Positions 27,831 to 41,628 of a DNA stretch of 64,000 nucleotides are shown piece after piece. How positions within the stretch are numbered: position 1 is the stretch's first letter; each line of letters starts with the position of its first letter. Source of the DNA: Octopus vulgaris (lineage: Eukaryota); NCBI GenBank assembly GCA_951406725.2, contig OX597815.1:123628001-123692000 (forward strand), in the 5' to 3' direction. The notes under the pieces were generated by a model. It was not told the DNA's origin. It ran no database searches and saw only the letters and a program-made list of their open reading frames with translations. The position numbers and the translations under genes are program-made.

Positions 27831-28384
27831 GCCCTGATACAGTACCAGGCAGTGGCTCTCGTGGCTGCTGATCTTAACTGATTGGCAGTGTTATCATGTA
27901 CATTATTTTGTCTTGGTATAAAAGATGGGCTACAGCAAATATTCTGCTCAATACCACAGATTTGCTTGTCGGTTGTTTGACCTTAACCAGTTGAGCATGT
28001 CCCTTAGTGGCTGACAATATGTGCATCTCTGATCACAAGCAGAAGTAGTGGGGGAGCATCATAGCCATGTGTCGAAAGAAATTCTTAGGGGTTTGGATAA
28101 TTCACCTTTCGAAACAGGCGTGGCTCGTTCAACATCCTTAAATAATCCTTATTCAGGGACCTTTTGAGTGGGATAGGCTATTTGACCAGAAGAAAATTCT
28201 AACTGGACTCCACCTGCAAAGTCATGCACTGTTTATCTTGATATGAAATCACCATATCGTGCACATATGGTTGTGATGCATGTGCCTGGTGTACCCTCAT
28301 CAGACGAGTAGTCATGATGGGTATATTGGGCTTCGTATATTTTACCCCAGTGTCACTTTGATGGCATGCACTGCTCTCTCACTC
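27830..28384. mobile_element. Unclassified ~555-bp (AAT)n-embedded element, copy 3
   Basis: Same termini; (AAT)n on both sides. Confidence 0.88.
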
Positions 28385-28402
28385 AATAATAATAATAATA
28401 AT

Positions 28403-28770
28403 AACAAGAGCACTCAGAGAGTGCAAACCTCCATCAAGGCAACACTGACCTCCTCTCAATGATAAGCCAGAGATGATTTTTAAAATGAGAATACCTGAAA
28501 TAACCTTGACTGCTCTCACAAATGAGAATACTAAAAATGAACCCAACCACTCAAAAATTAAGTAAAAAAATCAGGAAAAATAATCCAGAATCCTCGTCTG
28601 GTACTGGATTGATCCCAAAATCTAATCAGTTCATGCCAGTCACAAGGCCAAACATCCAGTGAAAGTTTCATGTGAATCCATCCAGTGGTTCTTGAAATAT
28701 CTTGTCCACGGACAAACAAACAAGCAAACAACTGTTATTACCCCCACCTTCACTAAGGTGGTGGTAATAA
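28403..28770 (+). mobile_element. Helentron-associated non-autonomous element (HINE/DINE-like)
   Basis: Starts aacaagagcactcagagagtgcaaacctcc. Has an (ACAA)n microsatellite near the end and a terminal stem-loop ccacctt-cact-aaggtgg. This is typical HINE architecture. Confidence 0.6.
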
Positions 28771-28789
28771 CAACAACAACAACAATAAT

Positions 28790-29265
28790 GAATGACCTGC
28801 AGTGGCTCACATGCCTTTTGATCTCAATGTATGCATGCTTTGTTTTAGTGTGAAAGATGGGCTACAACCAATATTCTGCTCCATACCACAGATTTGCTTG
28901 TCATTTGCTTAACCGTAACTGGTTGAGTATATTCCTTAAAAGCTGTTGATATGTACAACTCTGATTACAAGCAGGAGTAGTGGGGCAACATCATAGCCAT
29001 GTGTTGAGAGGGATTCTTTGGGGATTGAATAATTCACCCCTGGGAACATGGCTATTTTGTATATGATCCTTGACAACCCTTATTCAAGGACCTTTTGAGC
29101 AAGATGAGCTATTCGACTTGAAGAAAATTCTAACTGGGTCCCACCTACAAAGTCATGCACTGATTATCTTGATATGAGGTCACCATGTTGTACACATATA
29201 GTTGTGATGCATGTGCCTGGTGTACTCTTACCCTTATCATGGTGGGTATATTGGGTTTCATATAT
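28790..29265. mobile_element. Older, diverged copy 4 of the ~555-bp element
   Basis: Colinear core (aagatgggctaca...accacagatttgcttgtc...catcatagccatgtgttgagagggattc...gttgtgatgcatgtgcctggtgtac) following an (AAC/AAT)n run. Confidence 0.7.
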
Positions 29266-31212
29266 CCCTGTTTTCCTTTTGGTTGGGTTGTAAAAAAATA
29301 TACCCTGCCCTAAAAAACAGGATCATAACTTACTCTTGCTAATGGATGAATATTATACTGTTAAAAACATATAAAAAAAGAAATTAAATTCACCCTATCC
29401 TCATGTGTATCTTTTGCAAATGTAGACATTGACTAATGACAAATACAGCAAGGTGCCATCTCCATATCACCAAAGGAATCAAAGGGTTGAGAAAGGGGGT
29501 AAATTTCTTGTTGCAACTAACATTGTGTGAATGAGATAGACAATGATGGTGAGGATGACAATGAAGATAATAATGTTGATTTTAGATTCTTAGAATACAA
29601 TTAGTCGCTAGCTCTAAGCAAGTGGTTAGTCAACATTAGTAAATAGATAGAACAGACATCATGTTATGCTCCAAGAATAGTTCAATAAAGAGACAATTTT
29701 TTTGCTACTAACTGCTTGCCTATAGTTTTGGAGTTAATTGCTATGAGGTATCAAGCAGTCATGATCTATGATTAATTAGAAAATAAAGATATGTTGATCT
29801 AATTAAATGTCATTAACCAGTGGGACATAGCTTGTAGAATTTTGATGAGGCATAGTGTAGTGTTACAAGTTAGAGAATAGAATTTTGTTGATAAAAAGAT
29901 GTTCAATTTAAAGTATATTTCCATTTGAATGTAAATTATGTATGAAGCTGCTTAAAATTTTAAGAGACATAATATGGAAAATGTGATATTTATTGGCTCT
30001 CTTTACATTATAATGAAGTGAAATGATTGCAATAAAAAATGTGTTTCAATTAGCTGGTTGGTTAAACAGGGTGCTCACATTTCAGCTGAAATGTTGCTTG
30101 CTTATACTGTCACCAACACTGTTTTGTCCTTGAAAATATAAAAAGACATTTAAATTACTGTTTTACGTAATGGCTGATATTAGGAATTATAAAGAAAAAT
30201 GAAAAACATTTTCTAATTCTTACAGATTTCAAGAATTAATTTCAGCTACTCAATAGAAAATCTTATAAAAATAGAATTACTTTATGACATTTGGACATAC
30301 TAATTATTTTTTGTCATTTAGAGAAAGAGATACTATTTTCAGTTGCTAGTGTAATTCCTGAATTACAAAATATAGTCAAAAGAAAGATGGAAAAAAAAAT
30401 GCCCAAATTCTATTTTTTTAACAATCAAATTCAAGTTTGCAGAGTTTTGTAACTCAGAAATTGTTAATTGATCCAGAATGTCATATGAATAATTGATTAG
30501 TAATATTCATTTCAAATTTTGGCACAAGACCAGCAGTTTCAGCAGAGGGAGATAGTTGATTACATTGACCCCGGTACTCAAATGGTACTTATTTTATTGG
30601 ACTTGAAAGGATGAAGAGCAAAGTCAATTTCAGCAGGATTTGAACTCAGAATGTAAAGATGCACAACTGCTGCTTAGCATTTTGCCTGGTGTGCTAATAA
30701 TTCTGGCTTTAATTGAGCAGTGATATTGTGAAGGTATGTGACATAATGGTTTGGGCTTTAGGCTCATGACTGCTATGGTTGAAATCTGTAAGAATTAGAA
30801 ATACACTTCAATTGATGTTGCTTTAGTTCACTCACCTGAAATGAGTACCAATGACAACTGCAGATATTAACCCTGCAACAGACTAGCAATTGGCATCCTG
30901 CTCAATAAATTATGTACTCTCATTTGCTTAAACACCATAAAAAATTGTAATTAACTCTGGTCTTTTGAGCTTTTAGGCTTGAAACAGACATTATTTTTTT
31001 AACAAGTAACATTTCTTGTGAAGGCACATGGCTAAATGGTTAGGTTATTCAGCTCATGATTATAAGGCTATGAGTTTGATACATTGTGGTGAGTTGCATC
31101 CTTGAACAAAACAATTTATTTCATATCCATTCAGCTGGCAAAAATGGGTAGTTCCTATATTTCAAGGCCAGCTTTATCACATTCGGTGTCATGCTGAATA
31201 TCCTGAGAACTA

Positions 31213-32511
31213 TTGGGTTGGCAACTAAGTTCCTGCCATTTAAAAAAATTTTGGAATTTATTGCATTTTTAAATTTTGGAATCTATTTTTGTTGAGAATT
31301 CTATTTTTGAATCATTTTTGAATCTATTTTGTTTTTTTTTTCTAGTTAATTTTGGTTAATTTTTGTTTATTTTCAGATCATTAAAATGGAATGTCAAGTT
31401 AAGAAAAACGAGCATTTTTGACACCTCTTTCTTTTTGCTTTTAATCAAGGTTCTAAGGCCACAAAAGCTGCTTGTGACATTTGTGCTGTGTATAGAGAGG
31501 GTGAAATCATAGCTGAAAGAACTGCTCGTGATTGGTATGCCAAGTTCAAAAATGAAAATTTTGAACTCAAAGACACACCTCGTTCTGGCTGTCCAGTTGA
31601 ATTCAATGAAGAGCGATTAAACCAACTTTTGCACGAAAATTCTCATCAAATGACAAGGGAACTGGCAGAGAAAATGGAATGCTCCCACACTGCAATAGAG
31701 AAGAATCTTCACTTGATAGGATAGGTTCAGAAGTATGGAGCATGGGTTCCGCATGCTTTAAGTGATAACAACAAAAATCAACGAGCCAAAATCTCTGCTG
31801 GTTTGCTTGCTCATCACTGCTCAACTCATGGACACAAGCAATGATTTCTTTACTGAATAATTACTGGCAATGAAAAATGGTGCCTGTACATCAATATGAA
31901 GCAGCGTAAGGAATGGCTTAGCCCTGGTAAACAAGTGACATCGCGCGTGAAACAAGATCTTCATTCGCATAAAACGATGTTGTGCGTATAGTGGGACTGG
32001 AAAGGGATTATCCATTACAAATTGCCTGAATGGAACCAAACAGCCAACACGGAACTCTATGTTCAACAGATGGAATGACTCAACACGGCTATTCAAGAGA
32101 AAAGACCTAATCGGCAGCATGGAGTTCTTCTGCTGCATGACAATGCTCACTCTCATATCACCAATATGACCAAGGAAGCCATTCAAACACATGGCTGGGA
32201 AGTGCTGCCACACCTGCCATACTCTCCTGATTTGGCACCAATGGATTTCCACCCCTTTCGATCTCTTTCAACTGCTATTTGCGGAGTGTCGTTCAATACT
32301 GATGCAGAACTGAGAACTTGGTTGGATCAATTTTTCGAGTCAAAATCAGGTGATTTCTACCAACGAGGTATTGAAAATCTTGTTGAACGTTGGGAAGAAG
32401 TTGTAAACAACAAGGGTGAATACAATATTGATTAATTAGTTGTTATTTTTTATTAAACCTTTTAAAAAATTTAAATTTTAAAGAATGACGGGAACTTTGT
32501 TGCCAACCCAA
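31213..32511 (+). mobile_element. Full-length mariner (DD34D, mellifera-subfamily-like) with a nonsense-inactivated transposase at 31386-32435
   Basis: TIRs ttgggttggcaactaagttcc / ggaactttgttgccaacccaa, TA duplication at 31211-12 and 32512-13, length 1299 bp. The 350-codon frame is intact apart from stops and has WVPHAL, TGNEKW, HDNA and YSPDLAPMD motifs. Inserted in a SINE. Confidence 0.93.
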
Positions 32512-33124
32512 TACATTAAATGTACATATGTTTGCAGAGTGCTCAGCCACTTGCACATTTAGTTCACAAGCGGGCTGTTCCATTGATTGGATCAACTGGA
32601 ACCCTCACTGTTATAACCGATGGAGTGCCACTTAATTAGCTAGTGACATTGCTTGTGGTGTTTGGAAAGTATGTCATAAAGAATAACACTGAATTTGTCA
32701 TAACCGATGGAGTGCCACTTAATTAGCTAGTGACATTCCTTGTGGTATTTGAAAAGTATGTCATAAAGAATAACGCTGAATATATAAAAATACTACCTAG
32801 ATGATGCAAACACTTGTTCTACACTTTGTTTTGATAATCTAATATCACAGATGTGAAGTGTAGAGCCTTTATTTTTTTAATATTTAGAATGTCTAGATAT
32901 TCTTAAATATTTTTCAGTTTTCATTTCACTAGGCTTCAACTAAAAGAAGGAGATCAGTCTTTCCATTAAATTTGCAGATTCTCTTGGATTGGTGAGATCA
33001 GTGGAATTAACTTTCCTCTTGAAAAGTTGCAAGTTGACAAAAGTAGGAAAAACATTTGTAGGGAGGATGTCTTAGGGTCCTAATATTTTAGGTAAGGCGG
33101 ACCAAGCATACTGTTTCAAGTGAG

Positions 33125-34030
33125 GCCTGCAGTTCCTTCAGACATGTTGTTTTGATCTCCTTTTTATAATCTAGAGAACTATAATAAATAGGAGGGAAAT
33201 GAGAATTGAACCCTGATGGAGCCCTACATGTGTGCTAAATTTATTGCTGAACATGGCGCTCTTTCTTTGCTGATAACACTCTTGTACATGGTTTGCACAT
33301 CACTGAAAAGCCATTCATCAGCAATGTTTTTAGTGATAAAAGGTTTTTTCCAGATCAACAAATGTTAGGTATAGAGAACATCTATTGTAGTTGTCTCATT
33401 AATAAGACATCTACATTTCCTCTTATATTACTTCCTAATTAGCTGTATTATATTATTTCTGTTACCTTCTTAACTTGATCCATAAGTTAGATGCACCTGT
33501 AGTTACTCCTTTGCCTTTGCAACAGCTAATGATAATACTACTACTCCAGTCATTAAGAAATTAACCACCTTGCACTGCAAGATTTAATGCGAGTAACTAA
33601 AACTAAATATCTTATTTTGTTAGATATTTTCAAAGTTTCTGCAACTATTTCTGATGTTTTCTTGCCTTCACATCCTTAATGGTCCTTTTGACTATACAAG
33701 TGTCAACTTCTCTAGCTGTTCCTGTCTCTGCTATTCATTTTCCTCATACAGCAACATCTTAAAGTAACATATCCTTACCTTGTTCTTTCTGGAATCAGTG
33801 TGGGCAAGTGTGCTGCTATTATTCTGCACACATTTTCCACCAACAGTATTCTAATTTCTACTGATACATTACTTTGCAATTTGGTTTACATTGCACTCAG
33901 ATCATCAATAAATAGAATTTTGGTAAACATTTTACTTCATCTTCTTTCTTTAAGTGTGCCAAATGCTGAGATCCTTTTATAGTTACCTCACATTTTCCAT
34001 GCTACTACTCTTTTCTCTAGTCATTCTAGG
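33125..34030 (-). mobile_element. Older, heavily decayed RTE RT fragment
   Basis: Minus-strand remnants NDWSSSIIISCCKGKG and HVGLHQGSILISLLFIIVL parallel the RT of the 19724-22670 copy. Confidence 0.65.
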
Positions 34031-34059
34031 TCTATCAGTTAGTTTCTATGTCTAATTAG

Positions 34060-36280
34060 TATGCTATTTTACCACAGCTGCTACAAAAGTATTTGGTCAA
34101 AAGTAAGCCACTGTACTTAGTTTCCGTTGACTTGGAGAAAGCCATCGACAGAGTCTCCACTCTGTTATCTGGTGGTCTCTGAGGAAGCTAGGAGTAGAGG
34201 AATGGCTTATTAGAGCTGTACAAGCTATGTACAGTGGTGATGTCAGTAAGGTGAGAGTCGGCCATGAAAACAGTGATGAATTTAGTGTACAAGTAGGGGT
34301 TCACCAGGGCTCAGTTCTTAGTCCACTCTTATTCATCATAGTCCACCAAGCCATAACAGAGGAATTCAAAACTGGATGCCTGTGGGAATTACTATATACT
34401 GATGACCTCACACTCTTATTGCAGAATCTAAAGCAGAATGGGAGAAGAAATTCCAGGTATGGAAGCAAAACCTGGAATAAAAGAGCATTGAAGTTAACCT
34501 AGAAAAGACCAAAGTTGTTAGCAAGAAGGCAGATAGGACTCTCTTTCTGTCAGGTAAATGGCCCTGCTCAATATGTAGGAAAGGAGTGGGAAATAATTCC
34601 ATTTGCTGCACCCAGTGTAAGCTATGGGCACATAAGAGGTGCAGTGGAATCACAGGTAGATTACCAGATGGGGCTACCTTCTTGTGTGGCTGATGTGTAG
34701 TAACAATAAGCACTAAGAGCACACGACTTAGAATCTTCCAAATGCCCAGGTAGTAGATAGTTTCTGTTACATAGGTGATCAAATTAGCAATGGAGGTGGA
34801 TGCTCTGAAAGTAGTTTCTAGAATAAGAATAGGATGGAGGAAGTTCAAAGAGCTATTACCTCTGTTGGCAACAAAAAGACTCTCTCTCAGAGTGAAAGGT
34901 AGATTGTATGATACTTGTGTATGATTGGCTATACTCCATGGTAGTGAGAGATGGGCTGTGAATGCAAAGGACATGCATAGACTAGAGAGGAATGAAAGCA
35001 GTATACTCCACTGGATATGCAGCATCAGTGTGCATGAATAACAAAGCGCAAATGTGTTGAGAGAAAAGTTGGGTATAAGAGGAATCAAATGCAGCATGCA
35101 AGAGAGGAGACTAAGTTGGTCTGGACATGTGATGCATATGAATGAAGACAGCTGTATAAAGAAATGCTAGTCATTGAAAGTGGATAGTACCTGTGGAAGA
35201 GGAAGACCTAGGAAGACATGGGATGGAGTGGTGAGGACCAATCTCAGGATGTTGGGCTGACAAAGGAAATGACAATGGACCAAGTTGTTTGGCAATATGA
35301 GATTCTAGAGAAGACTTACCCACATCAGCAAAACTGAGTTCTAGAAGCATCGTGTCCCATTCACATGTAACAATAAAATTTCACACACCCTACCCCAATA
35401 AACCAATCTACATCTCCTCTCCCAAGCACCATCTTTTATCTTCCTCACATTTCCTCTGAATTATCTCCCACTCCCCATTCCTGTCCTCACTGCCCTGTAC
35501 TTTGAGGGTATGCTCTGGCACTTGCCACCATTTATCTCTCTCTTCCTTACTCTACCATCCTATCTATGCTCTGATCCTTGTTCCTTTCGAGCATACCCTG
35601 GTACTTTACCACCATCTCACTCTTGCACTCCTGCTGTCTCCCACTCTCTTTTGCACTCTTACTGACTCCCACTCTCTCTCTCTCTTTCACTTGCTCTTCC
35701 CTCTGGTTGGGTAACTATGTATCTTTTCAATAGCAGCACACCTGTTTCTGCCCTCATTCACTTTCTCTCTGCTCTTCTCTTACAGCAGCACACCTGTTTC
35801 TGACATCTTGTTAACTCTCTCTCTTTCTCTTTCTGGCTGGGTAACCATACCTCCTCTGCAACAAGTCACCTGCTTCTGCCTCTCTGTCGTACTCTAACCT
35901 TTCATCATCTGACACAAGATCACCTCCAATGCCCCCCTCCCCTCTCAAGATTCCTTGTCTTGCAAGTTATTTGGTGACCTTGTCAATGCTGGTGCCACTT
36001 AAAAAGCATCCAGTCCACATTGCAAAGTGGTTGGCATTTGGAAGGGCATCTAGCTGTAAAAATCATGCCAAACTGACCTTGCCTGTGCTGGTGCCATGTA
36101 AAAAGCACTGTCCACATTGTGGGGTGGTTGGAAGGGTATCTAATTGTAAAAACCATACCAGAACAGACAGAGTCTGGTGCAGTCTTGTGCCTGGCCAGCT
36201 CCTGTCAAATCATCCAAAACATGCCAGCATGAAAGGCAGACAGTAAATGGTGGTGATGATGATGTAGATGATGATAATGA
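34060..36280 (+). mobile_element. Degraded RTE LINE (RT, PHD-like finger, C-terminus, long 3'UTR)
   Basis: Translates with breaks to KPLYLVSVDLEKA...GVHQGSVLSPLLFII...WELLYTDDL...WPCSICRKGVGNNSICCTQCKLWAHKRC...GRGRPRKTW. Ends in an RTE-type tail with (GAT)n at about 36250-36280. Confidence 0.85.
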
Positions 36281-36905
36281 TAGGAGCATTGCTCTGTTCT
36301 TAAGATCTGACCTGTGACTTGTATGTTCAACTGAGTTGTAGGTGATCAGGTAACTTCTTAACCACAAAGATATGCCTGCACACACATGAATACATATGTA
36401 ATTCTCATACATATAATAATATATTTATACATATGCAGATACAACATATACAAATCATGTGTATTTGTACAAATAAATACACACATAATCATGTATATCT
36501 GTAAAGAAATATACACATTGAATTGTATTTATATATCTTTTTTAAATAATTGTATCCTTTAATTTCCATTTATACACAAAATATCATAAGTAATGGTATA
36601 TGTTTAATATATATATATATATATATATATATGTCTATATAATATTGTTTGTTAAATTTGTAGTTCTTTTATTCTTTTATTTGTTTCAGTCATTTGACTG
36701 CAGCCATGTTGGAGCACCACCTTTGGTCAAACAAATTGACCCCAGGACTTATTCTATGTAAGCTTAGTACTTATCCAATCGGTCACTTTTGCCAAACTGC
36801 TAAGTTAGGGGATGTAAACACACCAATATCGGTTGTCAAGCAATGGGGGGGGGGGGCAAACACAGACACATAAACATATAGACACATGTACATACATACA
36901 TACAT

Positions 36906-36952
<47 letters not shown>

Positions 36953-37482
36953 CACACACAACTGGCTTCTTTCAGTTTCTGTCTACCAAATCCACTCAAA
37001 AGGCTTTGGTTGGTCTGAGGTTATTGTAGAAGACACTTGCCCAAGATGCCATGCAGTGGGACTGAACCCGGAACCATATGGTTGGTAAGCAAGCCACTTA
37101 CCACACACCCACTCCTGCACCTGTTATTATATGTAATAACAGTCAAATATTAACTGAAAGATCACTCAATACATTTAAGGTATCAAAGGTGAGAAGCTGG
37201 CAGAATTGTTAACATGCCAGGCAAAATGCTTTGTCTTTCGTCCTTTTGGGGTTGATAAAATAAGTAGCAGTTGAATGCTGGGGTAGATGTTATTGACTAG
37301 TTACTATCCCTGAAATTGCTGGCTTTGTACCAAAATTTGAAATCAAAATATTTAAAGTATGTTTACTTTATAAGGAAAAATTTGATAGTAACTTCGAAGT
37401 TTCACATGAGTTGCCATAGCCAGACTATATATAGACGTGTATTTCTATGTGTGCATGTGTATTATATGTGTACACTAATTCA

Positions 37483-37524
<42 letters not shown>

Positions 37525-40500
37525 AAGCATATGCATTGAAATATGTATGTGTATATATATATACACACCTATATATCCATATTAATATATGCATGCACAT
37601 ATAATTGAATGCCTTGATATATAAATGTACATATGTATTGAAATACACTGAGGAGCACCATTGTAGTGCACCTGAGCACCATACACAATAAGTTCATTAT
37701 CATATATATATATATATATTATATATGTAGATGATTGAGTCAAGTATATCAACATCAAAATACGAATCAAATGGAAATTGTAGTTGTGATACTTGTGCCG
37801 GTGGCACATAAAAAGTACTGTCCGAATGTGACTGATGCCAGCACCACCTTGTCTGGTGTCCGTGCCAGTGGCACGTAAAAAGCACCAACCGATTGTGGCT
37901 GTTGCCAGCCTCCTCTGGCCCATGCCGGTGACACCCACTACCCTCACGGAGTGGTTGGCGTTAGGAAGGGCATCCAGCTGTAGAAACATTGCCAGATCAG
38001 ATTGGAGCCTGATGCAGCCTCCTGGCTTCCCAGACCCTGGTTGAACCGTCCAACCCATGCTAGCATGGAAAGCGGATATTAAATGATGATGATGATGCGT
38101 ACATATAAAGCCTGGTGAGATAGGGTTAATTTTGACTTCATATATATACCTGTATGAAGAGCATGACTGTATATTTGGCTCACAATCATAAGGTCATGAG
38201 TTCAATTTCTGGCAGCATGTTGTGTTCTTGAACAAGATGCTTTATTTCATGTTGCTCCAATCCACTCAGCTGGCAAAAATGAGTAGTACCTGTATTTTAA
38301 AGGACCAGCCTAATCACATTGTGTCACACTGAATCTCCTTGAGGACTATGTAAAAGGTACATATGTCTGTGGTGTACTCAGCTGCTTGCATGGTTTCATG
38401 AGCAGGTTGTTCCATTGATCAGAAAAAATTAGAATCTTTGTCTTTATAACTGATGGAGTGCCAGTTTATATATACCTAGACACTTAATCATATGTATAAA
38501 TACATATATGTACATATATATATCTATACTAGTGTCCTCTCTCTTGCACACACTTCTTCCTCTATCACTTACCGATGACATATATCACACACTCTCTTTC
38601 ACTCACTTCCATTCCTCCCTCCCAATCATTCTGTCTCTCTTCCTAACTCTTTCAACTCCATTGTGTAACTCAAGCTCATCTTTTTAATTTGTCCCCTTAC
38701 CAAGACCTGTATTTAGCTATCATTATCTCTTTTCCATTACTTTCTCCTCTCACCATTTCTCTCATCATGTTCTCTCTTTTATTTCTGTCCAGATTAACTC
38801 ATCGTTTTCTCAATTATTTACCTCTTCTATCATGTTATCTTAAACAAAGAGGAACCAAGCAAACATTCTAGTGCTGGTGCCATGAAATGCACAAATACAT
38901 TGTGAAATGTTTGATGAATTTACAGAAACAACATAGTGGAGATAGGATCCTTGTCAGGGTTTGAGAACCTCTTTAATACTGGTAACAGGATAAAAATATA
39001 CTTAGTACACTCTTTATAGAGGTTGATATTAAGGAGAGTATCCCGCTACACAAATGGTGCCTAAATGTATGAGAGGGGCATGGTTCTTGGATTCATATAT
39101 CCAGTTAAGAATTGAGTTAGTCTATGAAAACTTGTCCAACCAATACCATCAAGAAAGATGATGCAAATATTTTTATACTGAAATATTCCATCATCATCGT
39201 TGTGTTTGGTTTTTGTGCTGATATGCATTGGACAAGCCACTGTGATCTGAATCAGTTCTTAATTTGAAATTACTGCTCCCCTAGATGTGTTAGAGGACCA
39301 TATCACACTGAGAAATCGTTTCATTTTTGGTATAGTTTCCATGGCTGGATGCCTTTTCTAATACCAACTACTTTACAAAATGTACTGTGTACCTTTTATT
39401 AAGACACCAGCATTATTGGGGTTACTCTAAGAATCATCCCTACTCGATGTCTCCATTTGTTCAAGGTAACATGATCAAGAGGGTGAAAAGAAGGGAGAGT
39501 AGTAGGGACAAGAGCACAATGGGGAAAACAGTGGAGCAGAGGAGAGATAGCGGAAGGAGTAATGGAAGAGATACAGAGCTGGAGTGAGGGTAGTATGCAG
39601 AGAAACAGCATGGTGTTAGTGAATATTAAAGGGGATGAGTAGCAAAGATATTAAGGAGAGAGAGAAAAAAAAAAGGTATCAGAAAGCATTATGGAAGAAA
39701 CAGAATAACAGTGAAATATACTGATGCAATTAAATCAATGTTTCAATAAATGTCTGATATATTGAAGAGAGAAGAAATAAGGTAACAATTTAGTTAACTT
39801 TTATTTGATATATGTATCATATGGATAAAAAAAACAGCTTTCTTGTGCACGGAAAGTTGCTTTACTTACGAAGTCATATGATTATTTTTTAATATTTTTT
39901 TTATTAAGAAGTATATGTCTCATTGAGTCAAGGACTACTACTGCTGATTGGGTTTACACTTCATTTACAGTATGTACTAAAGAAAGATACACTTGAATAA
40001 TGTGACACTGTCTTTTCCAGTTATGTATTCACATAATTTTCAGAGGTCTGGTACGTATTTGATAGCTAAGGCATGTAGAGTTATGTGCCCTTCCAAGAAA
40101 CACCTGTGAAACATATGTAAGCAAGACACCTGAATATATGTCTTATTCACTTTGTTAGTTCACTTCTTGTAGTTTTTAAAAATCTCATATTTTGGAGGAA
40201 ATAAATGCATTTGTAAATGGCTTAAAACAAGAACTATTCAGTTCATTTTCTCATCAGTTGTTGTTGTTCAGATACAGATCAAGCCTCATCGAACAGGCAT
40301 TTCAGCCTTATCTTATCTTTTTCTATATACAGGACTACATTGTCCAATGTATATGTATATATATTTTTAAGATGGTAGAGTGTAATTTGAAGGGATCTTG
40401 TTGCTATCTCTAGCAAGTCAAAAATCAATTGTTAGCTTGTTTTCTCATCAGTTTATCCTGATGAAAGTGTCAGTTGAATATTAATCAGCAAACAAGCTTT

Positions 40501-41009
40501 TGTAAAACTTTCTCTGTATGTATCACGTAGTAGATATTATACCGAGCATATATATATTATTAATCAATCTATTAATAACATGAGGATATGAGACTTTGAA
40601 ATAGTACATGTTTGAAAATAATTGTTAACTACAAAGTTCCTTGCAGGCACTTCAAAATGATCAACAGAAGAAATATTCCAGAAAAAAAAATTGATATTAA
40701 TAATAATAAATAATTTACTACTACAAAAATCTTTTAAAATAGGGTTTGGAGTTTCTGAATAAATATTAAACTTATTGGAAGCAAAGATAAGCAACTCAGT
40801 AGGAATGTATAAAAAAAAAATCTATCACATTGCAGACAATAAGCTTACAGAGGTTGGAATTCAAGCATTGAGACATGGGGAAAATAGAAACCACAGTTGC
40901 AACCTTATAGCTACCTGGTGAGGGAAAAATGATTTCCTGTTTCATTTTCTACGACAGGTTAGAAAATATTGAATATGTAGATAATATTAGGTGTTTTGCA
41001 CATATACAC

Positions 41010-41040
<31 letters not shown>

Positions 41041-41628
41041 TACATACATATATATATATAATATATATATGTTGGCAATGTCTTGAAAGTATAGACGTAT
41101 ACAAGTCTTGAATCCAAATATCTTCCATAGGATCAGATGATAATTAAAGGAATGCTTTTCTAGAGGAATATTTATTAAGTAGAACTTTTCATTCATTTTG
41201 GTTAATGTTTTTTTAACAGAGCATTACATAGGTTATATTTTTTAAATGGACATAGGATTTAAATAGTAGGCAAACAGGAGGGAATGAGAATGACAGAGCT
41301 AAAGTTAAGTAAAAGGAGCCAACAACGATAGATAGCTTTGCTTAAAAATGGTAGCAAAAGCTAGTTTTCAATTGAAAAAAACCTATATATCAGCAGAATA
41401 TTCTTCTATTTGAAAAACTCATAGCAGAATTTAAATTAAAATTTTCACAGAGAAGGCTATTTTATATAAACAAACAGTGTGTGTGTTGCACTACATGGAT
41501 GTAATGCAAATATCTTAAGTATATTACATATGATGTTATATACATGTATTATAGCTGTAATATATGTGTGAGTGTGTGTGTATGTATGTAAAATATTGTG
41601 TATATATATATAAATATACATACACACA

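Noticed and set aside
40441-40510. CTGATGA near a small hairpin as a possible hammerhead
   Set aside because: No GAAA box or stems II/III in the correct arrangement.
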